Both the position numbers and the translations under genes were made by a program. From Balamuthia mandrillaris (taxonomy: Eukaryota): DNA of 47,724 bases. Under the pieces are notes generated by a model. It was given only the letters and a program-made list of their open reading frames with translations, had not been told where the DNA came from and ran no database searches. The stretch is from the NCBI GenBank assembly GCA_031835245.2, contig JAVKOQ020000103.1, forward strand, positions 124,001 to 171,724, in the 5' to 3' direction. Below are positions 13,616-30,702 of this stretch, piece after piece (position 1 is the first letter of the stretch; the number at the start of each line of letters is the position of its first letter).

Positions 13616-13860
13616 AACCACACAAGACAAGGGAGGGAGGAGAAGGGGGAGAGATGGTGAGCATGTGCCATTCAAAACAAAGTTTATTGGGCAAAAAAAT
13701 AGGTTGGTTGACTGCACACAGTAGCAGTAGGGAGCGTAGCTTTGTTTAAAGTCTTCTCCGAAAAAATAAAGTCAAAGGGTCATCAAAACGTACTCCCCTC
13801 TTTCACTACAAACCACCACGGGCAGCGAGGGCAGCCGCAGTGGAGCGAGCGACGAGGAAT

Positions 13861-16135
<2,275 letters not shown>

Positions 16136-16149
16136 TCAGTAATAGAAGA

Positions 16150-16227
16150 TTTTTTTGTTTTTTTTTTTGTTTTTTTTGGTTTTGGGTTTTTTGGTTTTTT
16201 TGGTTTTTTTGTGTTTTTGTTTTTTTT
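16150..16227 (-). promoter_or_regulatory. A-rich tract upstream of the PABP start (putative 5'-UTR autoregulatory sequence)
   Basis: About 78 nt of oligo(A) runs broken by C on the sense strand, ending about 80 nt before the ATG. Confidence 0.6.
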
Positions 16228-16591
16228 GGAGGGAAGGGGCAGAGAACGCAGAGATTGAAAAGATCCTGCGCCTTGACTGCGGAGTGAGAAGTTGACTTTT
16301 GACTCTGAAGAAAAGAAAAGAGAGAGAGAGAAAAGAGAGAGAGAAAAAAAGGGGGAGAAGCCCAACCCCCCAAAATAGTGAGACAGATGAAGGAACCCTC
16401 AACCCTGGCGCTGTGCTGCCTGCCCTTGAGAAAACGATAAGAATGCGATGCAACTATTCTATCCATGACGACGTGACGAGTTGGCAACCAGAAAAAGAAG
16501 GGAAGGTGTCACAAAAGGGCCTTGTGGGGGGGACAGCAAAGCGTAACGAGAGAGCGAGAGAGCGAGAGAGCGAGAAGCATACGGGAACGAG

Positions 16592-18495
16592 ATGGGGCGC
16601 AGTCGCAAGGACGGGGAGGTGGAGGAAAAAAAGAAGAAAAGGGAGAAAGATCGAGAGCAGAAGCTGCTGAACAAGCTGCTGGAGACACCAGAGGAACGCC
16701 GCAAACGACGGCTCAAGAAAAAGGCAGAGAAGCAAGCGAGAAAAAAGAAGCAGGAAGAGGAGGCTTTGGGTGGCTACACAAACGCGGCCAACCCCTTTGG
16801 CGACGCCAACCTCACAGAACAGTTCGTATGGAAGCTGAAGAGAGAGAAGGAGCTGGAAAAAGGCGTGACGCCCGAAGAGCTGGACGCGCGTGACGAGAGG
16901 CGACGAAGGGAGGACCTTCGTAAGGAATTGGAGAAAGCCAAGAGACGACGGCAGGAAAGAGAGGCGGAGAGAGAGCAGTGGGAGGCGGAGCGTGCTCAGA
17001 TTGCAAGGGAGAGGGAGAGCTTGAACTATGAGGAATGGGAGAAGCAGGAAGAGCAGTTCCATTTGGAGCAAGCGAGGATCCGAAGCGAGATCCGCATTCG
17101 GGAAGGGCGGCCCAAACCCATCGATATTCTGTACAAAAACCTCAACATGGACGCTGACTTTGAGTTTGAGATGGAGGAACCCTACAAGCTCTTTGCCAAC
17201 CTCACCCTGCCCGACCTGCAAGAGCTGCAAAAGGACATTGCTATGTACCTAGACCTGGACTCCAGCAACGAGGAGCACAAAGTCTTTTGGGAGGCCCTCA
17301 CCATCGTTTGTTTGGACGAGCTGGAACAGGCTAAAGCACGGCAGGCCAACAGCAAGGCAGCAGCAGGTCCTCGCGGCTTTGATGGGGGTGTCCACAAGGC
17401 TGTTAGCGATGACATCGCCACCATCCTGCAAGGCAAGACCTATGACGAGCTCTGCACCCTCGAGCAACAGATTGCGGTGAAGCTAGGCAGCGGCAACATG
17501 GTTGACCCTGAATATTGGGAGACCTTGCTGAAGCGACTGGTGGTCTATAAGGCAAAGGCTAAGCTGCGAGATATTCACGCTTCGCTTCTTCGTGCCAAGC
17601 TGCAAGAGCTTCAAACCAAACAACACCTTGAAGACCTTGAGGAGGAGGAAGAAGAGGAAGAAGAGCAGAGTAACCCTACAGCCCATGTCCCAGCTACAGC
17701 TACTGCTGTAGAAGACAGCATGGTGCTGCAGTCGCAGGCAGAAGAGCGTTGCTACAGCCCTCTACTCATTCACGATATAGACCAGGATGAGGAGATATTA
17801 GATCCAGAACTCGACAAAGAAACGTTGGAGGAACAACGCCAGCTTATCCGAGAGAAGGAAGCACAGAGGCTGCAAGAACGCGGTCTGCTGGGCCACGGTG
17901 GCACCGATGACTCTGCAGCCTCTCGCCAGATGTACGAAATGGAGGCCAGCAAGTTGCTGGACGAAAACGAAGAGACCTTTAATCAGGAGATGCCTTTGGA
18001 ACGGCAAATCTATTGGTGGCAAGACAAGTACCGCCCTCGTAAGCCACGTTACTTTAACCGCGTGCACACTGGATACGAGTGGAACAAATACAATCAATCG
18101 CATTACGTACGTACTCTTGTTCTCTCTGATGTTTTCTTCGCTCCACCTCCTCAAGAACTTTATGAAGCTGACTCATTCACTTTGGAATGCAGGATCATGA
18201 CAACCCGCCTCCAAAGATAGTGCAGGGATACAAGTTCAACATTTTCTATCCAGATCTGATAGACAAGAGCAAGCCTCCTCGTTACTTCATAGAGCCCACG
18301 GACAACCCGGACATCAGCATCATCCGGTTCCATGCAGGACCTCCTTATGAAGATATCGCCTTCAAGGTGGTCAACCGAGAATGGGAGTAGTAGTGAGAAT
18401 GGGAGTACTCTCACAAGAAGGGCTTCAAGTGCGTATTTGACAGAGGCATCCTCCACCTCTGGTTCAACTTTAGGCGGTACCGCTATCGACGTTGA
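16592..18495 (+). CDS. CACTIN: Cactin (spliceosome C-complex factor); last exon disrupted by an 18-nt insertion with in-frame stops
   Basis: YTNAANPFGD, FHLEQARIRSEIRIREGRPKPID, KYRPRKPRYFNRVHTGYEWNKYNQSHY|DHDNPPPKIVQGYKFNIFYPDLID, FHAGPPYEDIAFKVVNREWE***EWEYSHKKGFKC...FNFRRYRYRR*. Intron 18107-18192. Confidence 0.95.
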
Positions 18496-18648
18496 TCTCC
18501 GCTTCTGTATTTTTTTTTTTTCAATTTTTGTAACAGCGAAGAGGAAAAAGAGTGAAAAGAAGAGAAAAATATAAACAATGCCTGCTTGGAATACGTTTTA
18601 ATGATGACGAACTTGGGCGTTTAACAGGTTGGTCAGCAGGTATCTGGG

Positions 18649-20679
<2,031 letters not shown>

Positions 20680-21020
20680 GGCAGGTTCGTTGGTGGGTTG
20701 GCAGGTGGGGAGGGAGGGGGCGAGGGTACAACCAGGAGATAACAAGGGGGGAGCTCTTTCTTCTCTATTTCTTTTTTTTTGTTGGTGTGTTTTTTGGCGA
20801 CATCTTGACTACGATCCTTCTTCTTCTTACCATCAATCTATTAGGTTATCAAGAATTAAGGAGTACGGTGGCTAAGGTGGCAAAAGCAGCACCAAGCCGC
20901 CAAAAAAAAAAAAAAGCGAAAAGGGTAGTCGCAGTGGAGGAGTAGTGGAGGAGTAGAGCAGAGACCTTCCTCCTTGCAGCAGCAAGCAGCAGCACGCTAC
21001 TTACGGAAAGCATAGCCGTC

Positions 21021-22429
<1,409 letters not shown>

Positions 22430-22540
22430 GCTCCTCATGAGCACTTCTTGACTTCTTTTCCAAATAAATAAATATCTTGCAGAAACAAAAAAAAGAGAAG
22501 AGAAGAGGAGGAGGAGGAGGAGGGCGAAAACAAAAAAAGC

Positions 22541-24199
22541 ATGAGACTTCGAACTATTACGTCGGCTGCCCCTCTCAGAGAGAGCTTGTTTACGGGAAGA
22601 GCGCAGGTGGGTGCTAGAGCTAGCCTTTACCGTCCTGCTGCAACAGCAGCAGCAAACTGCGTATTTGTTGGGGGAAGGAGAGGCTACGCCGCCAGCGCCG
22701 GAGCGTTGCCCACTGAAGCCACGGTGGCTCGCTACCGGGAGTATGGCAATCCCCACAACGTTTTAAAGTGCGTCCTTTTTCTTCCTCCCTTTCTTTCCAC
22801 CCCCCTTGGCTAACCCAAAATCGGGGTGATTGCTGTGGTGGACTAAACTCTGAAGGGTGGAGAAGGAGCCCCTCCCCGCCAAGCTGAAAGAAGGAGAGAT
22901 ATTGTTGGCCATGTTGTGCGCTCCGGTAAATCCCGCTGACTTGAACATGGTGGAAGGGGTGTATCCAACACGCCCCACCGTGCCTGCTGTTGGCGGCAAC
23001 GAAGGCGTGGCTGAGGTCTTGGCTGTGGGACCTGGCGTTCAAGGCATTGCCGTAAATGATTGGGTTATCCCCAAAAAACCTGGTTTTGGTTAGTGTCTCA
23101 CCTTTACCTTTTACTTGAAGATTTTCTACCTTCCTGTTGTAGCCACACTGTCTGTCACACACTAAGTCAGCAAACTCACCCTCTCACCCGCTGTTATGTG
23201 TGTGAAATAAGGTACTTGGAGGACTCACGCCGTGTGCAGCCAACAACAAGTCACAAAAGTAAAACAAAACATAAAGCCAGAGTATATTGCCACGCTGGCG
23301 GTCAACCCCTGCACCGCCCTTCGCTTGCTCGAGGACTTTGTGCAGCTGAAGGAAGGCGACACTGTCATTCAAAACGGCGCCAACTCAGCGGTAGGCCAAG
23401 CGTTTATGCAGCTTGCTAATTTGCGCGGTGTTAAGACTATCAACATCGTCCGTAAAAGGTTTGTTGCACCCCCTTTGGGCCTTAACCTCCCCCACCCTCC
23501 TTTCTTTTTTTTCCTATTCCATTCCATTCCATTCCATTCCATTCCATTCTTCCTTCCCCTTCTTAATCTTATTATCTTAATGTTAATACCATAGAGAGAA
23601 TTGGGACCAACTGGTGGAGCGCATGAAGGGTTACGGTGCTTACATTGTGGTTCCCCCAGAGAACCTTGGCACTGCTCAGTTCCAACGTCTTATCAGTGAT
23701 TTGCCCAAGCCCAAGCTGGCCCTCAACTGTGTGGGAGGACCAACTGCCACCGAGATGGTGCGCGTTCTTGAGTACGTGATAATAACGCGCTCCATCAAAC
23801 GCACTCCCCTTTTTTTGCTCCTAACATTAACTTTCTGCGTCCGACTTGCAACACCAACAACACAACAGTAAGGATGGTGTGATGGTAACGTACGGAGGCA
23901 TGTCTCGCAAGCCTGTGCAGGTGCCCACAAGTGCCCTTATCTTCAAGAACATAAGCCTGAAGGGCTTCTGGCTGAGCCGCTGGTTGGAGGAGCACAGTGA
24001 GGAGGACCGCATGGCAATGATGAACCAGCTCTGGGATCTTATCAAGAGCAAAAAACTCAGACTATGGATGGAGAGGCATTCCTTCCCCGAGGACTTTGCC
24101 TCTGCCCTCCAAAGAGCCACCGAAGAGCACAAGGACAGAAAGGTCGTTCTCCACATGAAGCACTACAACTTGGTGCAACCTCTCTACCCCGACAACTAA
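22541..24199 (+). CDS. MECR: Mitochondrial trans-2-enoyl-CoA/ACP reductase (MDR family)
   Basis: Arg/Ala-rich presequence, APVNPADLN..EGVY, VGGNEGVAEV, VNPCTALRLL, IQNGANSAVGQ, LALNCVGG, MVTYGGMS. Confidence 0.93.
23516..23549. repeat. (ATTCC)n pentanucleotide tract in a MECR intron
   Basis: Seen directly in the sequence. Confidence 0.9.
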
Positions 24200-24391
24200 A
24201 TCCTTTTCCTACCTTTGATCTGCTGCTGTCTTTTACTTCACTTTTTGCCTGCTTCTCTGTTTTGAAAAAAATCGTCGAAGAAGCTGGTTCCCTCTCCCCC
24301 TCCTTCCAACAAACACTTGCAAAAGTTACAGGACAAGAAGGCTAGCAAGTTTAATGTAGGCGTTCTTAGACGAGGTCAAACAATAAAGAGT

Positions 24392-26067
24392 TCAAGCCTT
24401 CCAGTGCTTCCAGCCGTGAGTGGACAGCATGCGTTGAAAAGCAACCATGGCCTCCGACTCTGAATAATCGGAACCCTGCGATGTATCAAGCCTGCCGCCG
24501 CCCGCCGTCAACATTGCCCTAATGTCCACAATGACTTGAGGCAATCGGTACGCTATTTTTCACGGTTTTGGTTAACGAGGATGATTTTAAGAGAAGAAAA
24601 CGAGTAGACAGAAAAGAGAGTAGAGCAGAAGAAGTGGAGGAGAAGAAAAGAAGAAACGAAACGTACTGGCAACCCATCCGTCATTGGTAAGCATCAATGT
24701 ACAAATAGAACCACCCACAGTAACCTACAAGATTTAGAGTGTAAGTGTGAACAGCAAGAGAAAAGAGCAGGGGGCTGGACGTACGTGTCCGGTACGGAAA
24801 GCGAAGCGAGGTCTCACAACACGAATAAAGGGAGGGTTGAAAGGATAGTTCGGAGGGAACGTTACGTGAAGCGTAATGTATTCCTGAGAAGCGGCATTTG
24901 TCCCTTGTTAAATGAAGGAATAGCTTTTTCAAAAAAAAAACCTATAAGTACGTACTACACCAAGTCTCTGCATGTCTGCCCAGAGGGGCTCATCCTTAGG
25001 GATACCAAAGAGTTTAAGTTCCCATTGAGCGATGTTGTCGTTCAATGGAGAAGCATCGTAACCCTATCGTTAGAATTTACAGCGATAGCAACAATTGTGA
25101 GTTGAGAGAGAGAGAAGAGAGAGAGAGGAAGCTGACCCTTTCTTCGCGGTCAGTCTTTAGGATTTCGCGATACTCCTGAATAATGGCTTGCACGCTGCTG
25201 CTCTCGTAGCCGGCAGGGATGTGGAACTTGCTGGTGTCTATCTCAGGCTCTGGCATGTACTTTTGTTTGGGGCCTTTGTCTCTGTATATTAGTGGGCGGT
25301 TGTTAGTAAAAGAAAGACTTCTCCCCAAGCGTGTAGATACCTCTCTACTTTTTCGAGGCCAAGGTCGTCATCAAAGTCGTCATAGTCCTCTTCTTCTTCC
25401 TCCTCCTCGCCTTCAGAGAACTCGGCGTCGCTCAAAGCCTCGAACTGTTGAGTTGCGTACTTGAGAACATCTGTGGCACTGGTGGCAGCCATCGCCATTT
25501 CGTTGGTTTCGGTGGCCCATTCTTCAGCCAGCTCATCCGAAGCTACGCTCTGTTAGTCGCAGCGGTAGTGGTTGTATAGGAAATATATTGTTAGATCTAA
25601 ACGTAGGCGCAGGAAAACACAAATAAGTGGGGAAGACGAACCCAGATGTCGTCGGCCTCAACAGGAAAAGAAACAGTAAAGGCCAACTCCTCACCGCCGA
25701 TCTTGAAGTGGAATCTGTGCTTCTTGTCGTCGGTCTTCACGTACTCGATGCCTTGTGTGTTAGACTTGGAGTCCAACCACTTCTTAATGGCAGGAAGGTA
25801 GTCGGCACCGGTCTTCTTCATGGTGGCTGTTTCGGCAGGTGATGCTCCCTCTTTGCTGGTGGTGGTCTTCTTTTTAGTCTTTTTCTTGTCAGGGGAGGCG
25901 CTACTTTTCTTGTCTTTCTTTTCTTTCTTTTTGTCCTTGGAGGAGGACTTTTTTTCCTTGCCGGCGCTCTTCTCTTCCTTTTTCTTGTCTTTGGTGGTAC
26001 TCTTTTTGGTTTTCTTCTTCTCTTCTTCTTTCTTTTTGCTGCCGCTACTCGAGGTGGAAGAAGACAT
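24392..26067 (-). CDS. Ubiquitin-conjugating enzyme E2, UBE2Q-like, with Lys-rich N-terminus and RWD-like region
   Basis: Spliced: WELKLFG..PLWADMQRLGVEYITLHVTFPPNYPFNPPFIRVVRPRFAFRTGHVTVGGSIC(catalytic Cys)TLMLTNDGW...YSESEAMVAFQRMLSTHGW. Confidence 0.85.
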
Positions 26068-26366
26068 GCGTAGTATGAGCAACTGAGCAAATGCGGGGGT
26101 CAGGAGTCGCCTTGCTGGTGCAAGTTTGACAATGCCAGAGCAAACAACCCTCTGAACCCCCCAACCTAGACAAACGTGTTTCCCTGAAAGTAATTTGGGG
26201 GTTTAATGAAGCCAGTTGCTGCACAATCGTTGCAGAGGGCCTGTTGACAAGGTTTTTGTCGTCTACCGTTACCTTTTTTTTGTTCTGGCAGAACAAAAAA
26301 ACCATTGGAAAGGCATCGAGGGAAAGGAAAAGAAAAGTATAAAATTGATAATTTATTCTTGCATAC

Positions 26367-27847
26367 TTATTGAAAAGTCGCCTTTCCATCTCCAATGGTC
26401 AAAGTAACAAGTCCATTTAACAGGAAGGGAAGACCCAAGATAGCAGGTTTTGGTGGCTCCATGTGGTCTTTTACTGCAACAATAATCAAATGAGGGGTGA
26501 TTTGATGAAACGTATTGTCAGTTGGAATATAGTCCAATGCCAACAATAGATGCTCTAAACGTGTCAGGAACATAAGGCGCATCTGGGCAGATGTTATTGA
26601 ATGTGCTCACTGAGATTAATAGAGAGCAGGGGCTGCCGGTATCAACAATTACATTGGGAGGGTGTGAGTTATCTGGCGATGCCTTACACACAAGGGGACC
26701 AATAAACTTTTGCTGCTTGCAGAGGCAGAATCATGCCCACAAAGACGGTCAAAGAGAAGGATCTCATTAGTGACTGCAGCATCTCTGTTGTGCAGTGGCT
26801 ATTCATTGATGCAAAGCATGTAGAATTCATCAGCGGTACCCTTTTCCACTGTCTCTTCTGCTTTGTAGGCAACTGCATCATGCAAGTCAGAGATTACTGG
26901 CGGAATGCCCTCTTTGAAGAAAACAGCCCATTTTCTGTAGTTGGCCGGCTCATGGAGAAGCTACAGCAAATGCTGTTTTATCACCTGTTGCACACGTTCA
27001 TTGAAGGCCTGCTTCTTCTGCAGCAGACAATAAAGGCCTGGATCTATTTGGTGCAAATCTTCTGTAGAGGGTTGACAGGGAGAAGGTGCTACTTCCACCA
27101 TGGGAGAGACTCCTGGGGGACTCTTTTTAGTCTTCTGCATGACCATGTTGTACAGATAATATTTGAACCAATGCAGGTACTCCATCACTTTTGTATCCGG
27201 TGGAGAACCACCTTCGAGTATATCATACAAGAGCGAATCATCGTCAATCTCGCAGGTGGTGACTGAATAGGTGCTCTTCCCTTGAAGATTAAAGAAGCAA
27301 TAATCCACATGCAGAGAGGAGAACGGACAATATCAGTAGGTTAGGAATGAAGCAATACAATTAGGACACCAGCCCAGCAGGTTTTCCCTGTTCTCTGTGG
27401 GGACAGGCAGGCCCAGCTGCTCAAACAACCTTGCGAGAGCTTTAGGCACCTCCTTGCGCTGCACTGGAAATAGATGTGGTTCCGATCTTTGAGGGACATG
27501 CTCCGTTCTTGAAAACACCACTCTTCCAATGGGAAGTCCAAATATCTTCGTTTCCTCAGCCAGCATCCTTCTGTCAACAGTCAAATGTGAATAGTATCGT
27601 AGAATTCTTCCACGAAGTGTTGAGGCTTGGCAAAAGCTTCTTCTTTGTTGGCCAGGATCTTCTCCAGGACATCTGAAGAGGGAATAAAGTGGGCTTTGAT
27701 GATTGCATCCGGTTCTCATCTTCTTTCTTCAGCCATGCAAGAACAAAGTTCGCCAGGGAAAGGGCAGACCTCCACCACCTTTTTGCAAGGCACATCTGAA
27801 GGGGAGAAACTGGGGCAGTAATTTGGTTGGGTTGTGAGGCATTCCAT
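26367..27847 (-). pseudogene. Decayed intronless gene with a C-terminal retropepsin-like (clan AA) aspartyl protease domain
   Basis: Pieced frames give ...NVIVDTGSPCSLLIS (DTG at 26635-26643)...IVGIG...AILGLPFL. Several in-frame TGA/TAG stops and frameshifts. Confidence 0.6.
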
Positions 27848-28974
27848 GGTGATTTTAATGCAAGAATACATTCTTATTATTTACTTGGAACTCTTTCTAT
27901 TGTTTCCATAAGTTACTGGTGACTATTTCTATGGTAACTGACTCGGAGTTGTTGCCAGAAAATAATGATAATAGTGCTTATTAGCAATTAGATTTTATAA
28001 CATGAAACTCAATAACTTTTGATAGTTTAGCCTTTTAAAAAGTATAATATTGAAGAAGAGAAATGATCTTAGCAAAATCGTCACCCTATTGTATTGCTTA
28101 AAGCAAACTGTCTAGCAAGTTGGTATTTTTTCAAATTCCTCTAGTTTTACCACATTCTTCTTGGAACATTTCCAAAAAGCATAAATAGCAACTACTATGA
28201 TGAAGACCACAGCTTAATATTATCTCTTTATTCAAATTATAAAAATTTGAACAAAATAGGTTCTATATGAGTTTAGTAGTTTTATTAAGTAAACTAAAAT
28301 TATAAGAATTTGAATTTAATAGATTTTGAAAGTGTTTTACTGTTTCTTTCTCATCATCACATGCTAGTTATCCTTTACTAGAGTAATAAACAAAAAAAAA
28401 AGTAAGCACAGTACAAACAAAAAAAAAGAGTCTCTTTTTGGAAATTTGAGAAGGCATAAAATATTTTTTAAAAATAAGTTTCCAAATTATTTTTTTCTGA
28501 AATTTATTATTTTATTAAAAGCAAAAATAATTTTTTTATTAAAAATAATCTCTTTAAACCATTTGACCAAAAAGAACAAATAATTTTTTAACTATTTTTG
28601 CTTTGTTAATAAAGTTGTTTAAAAAACAATACTCTTTTAAATAATTCCATCAATTGTTTTAATAAAGTGGGTTGTGTTTGATACAGATACTTGCTGTGTT
28701 TAAAAGGGAGGGATTTCTTTGAATAATTGAAATATTGAAGCAAACCCTATTCTTTAATTAAATTCTTTCCTTCCTTGGTTGCCTTCTCAACTATAAATAC
28801 TTTTTTCACCATCAAGAATGATTGAAGAAACAACACACTCACAAACACACTTGTTCTCTTTTTCTCATTAAATCGTTTGGCTCCTGTCTTTCTCTTTGTT
28901 CCTGTCTTGGTTCTATGCTCAGGTTCTAACAGTAATTTCTTTGTTTTTTGTTGATATAATTATATGTATAATGT

Positions 28975-29827
28975 TCAAGTCAACCAACAGCATTAATGAG
29001 AGACTCGCTTTTAAATAGTCTTTAATAACTGCTGCTGTTGGTATTCCTTTAGGACCCAAGACATAAGAGCAGCTCAAGTCTAATGTGGTTTAGTTTTTTG
29101 CAAAGAGAAAAAAGGAAGAAAGGAATTCAAGGAAACAAGGAAGATGAAAGCAAGAAAAGAAATTAAAGGAAAAATAAACATAACCTTTGTCAACAATGGG
29201 ACTCATCCATGAACTTTAAATGCATCTATGCAAGATTGGCAATGTTGACAACTCAACTGAGGTAGTAATCAAAATTTTCTTTGGTGAACTTGTGTAGCTG
29301 TACTTTCTCCAGTTTCTTCCACAACTAGTTCCAAGACTTGAAAACATGCTTGACCCAAGAAGGAGAGACCAGAACTTCATATGTTGTTAAGAGTGAGCAA
29401 AAATCACCAATCATTGTGCTCAGTTCTACTTGGCACTGAGCCCAAAGTGCAATGTGTATAACCTCTCAAGTTCAGGTGGAATGCATTGGCAACTGTGCAC
29501 AATTTAATAATTAAATTGTCAATCTAAAAAACAGAAGAAGAAAGTAATAAATTTGTACTGCTTTCCGCCCTAAGAGCGGTTATGAAAGTTTGGATTGAGA
29601 ACTTTTTCCTTCTAGGACTGTACAACTCCAGTAGAACATGTTTATTTTTCATGGTACTTTGGTGTGCTTTTCATTTGGTGCACTTTTTCTTTGGTGCTCG
29701 TTATGACTGTGGCAATTTTTATCCTTTGACTTGACTGTGCAGTTGCTCCATAAACTAGCCCTTTCTTTGCAATGCATTTGCTCTTGCACTTTCTTTTTGT
29801 ATTGTTCTCTCTTTTCCTTTTAGACAA
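28975..29827 (-). mobile_element. Degenerate IS630/Tc1-mariner-like transposase gene fragment with two introns
   Basis: Reconstructed: *KEKVLNPNFHNRS*GGK...VSPSWVKHVFKSWN*LWKK..QLHKFTKEN..YY...HLKFMDESH(F)VDKDLSxSYVLGPKG. First DDE Asp at about 29205. GT-AG introns 29493-29558 and 29080-29184. Confidence 0.6.
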
Positions 29828-30008
29828 GCAAAACGCTACTTGACTTTTGGTTCTTTTTTTTTCCCTTTTCTTCTATGACAGAATCTCCAGCCTCTGTTCT
29901 TTCAACTGAGGTGCCCCATTTTCTCACTGAGGTACATCAACTTCCTTTGCATGATCAAATCCTGGGTGAATAGTTTGCAGAAGAAAGCTACACTGGGCCA
30001 TACAAAGC

Positions 30009-30700
30009 TATTATACCACTTTTCCATAATACCTATCCCAGTGTCTCCTTGTATATACATCTCTTTCCTTGAGGGCCTTAACTCGAGTAGCCAAGGTGGA
30101 GTGTGCAGCTGAAGGAGAAAAAAGGAACAAGAGCATAGCTTTGGCATAACTTCTTGACATATGGAAGATGTTTAGTTGGGCAACAATGGAGCTTAGTGAT
30201 TACCAACCCAAGGAAAGAATGATTACTACTATATCTCTTTCTTTTATTCTGTTAAAGGTCTTTTCCCTACACCCATTGAGTTGGTGTCCATTAGGTTGTT
30301 TCTTTACTGGCCTTATTACACTTGGCATCATTAGCTTACTTTTTCTTGGTAAGGTCAGTTTTCAAGTGATTAACCTATTTTTGAATACTTGGGGTTTTCA
30401 GAGGAACAGTGCTGGTGGAAAGACAGGATTGATGAATATTGTCATGCTTCCAAAATGTCCTAGCTAATAAGAAAATCATGAGGCATCCGATTATCCTCCA
30501 CCAAGACAGCAACAGTTGCCTTGAATACAAGGACGTCTAATGATGGGCTTGTGAACGATGTGAACCTGGATATCATGCAGAAAGCATGGCTTCCAAAGCT
30601 GGCCGTTGAATACAAGGACATCTTCTGCTACAAGCCTTTTGAGCCAGGAAGTGCCAAACATCTTCCCTACAAGATAGTCCAAATGGATTATACCGGCATC
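30009..30700 (+). mobile_element. Ty3/Gypsy relic: 5' LTR (30009-30320, split by a LINE fragment), decayed PBS, pre-RT pol fragment
   Basis: The LTR aligns with 34939-35076 and 35885-36021, and the leader matches 35077-35160. EYKDIF..PGSAKHLPYKIV matches the pol fragment at about 36920. Confidence 0.8.
30070..30230 (+). mobile_element. Short LINE insertion: internal ORF2 segment joined directly to the (TAC)n tail, ~12-bp TSD
   Basis: Matches 42012-42162, followed by ATTACTACT. Flanks TACATCTCTTTC (30056-30067) and TATATCTCTTTC (30230-30241). Confidence 0.8.
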
Positions 30701-30702
30701 CA

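Noticed and set aside
16454..17230. 258-aa minus-strand ORF and similar ORFs opposite the LINE (e.g. 39245-39901)
   Set aside because: Antisense to purine-rich real CDSs; Leu/Phe/Ser-rich artefacts.
18367..18407. Tiny intron or stop-codon readthrough as an explanation of the Cactin stops
   Set aside because: No 18-nt GT-AG window restores the sequence. The in-frame 39-nt GT-AG option deletes conserved VVNREWE. Readthrough of three consecutive stops is implausible.
27850..28970. Very AT-rich 1.1-kb stretch
   Set aside because: No ORF, TIR pair or repeat unit could be supported by eye; left unannotated.
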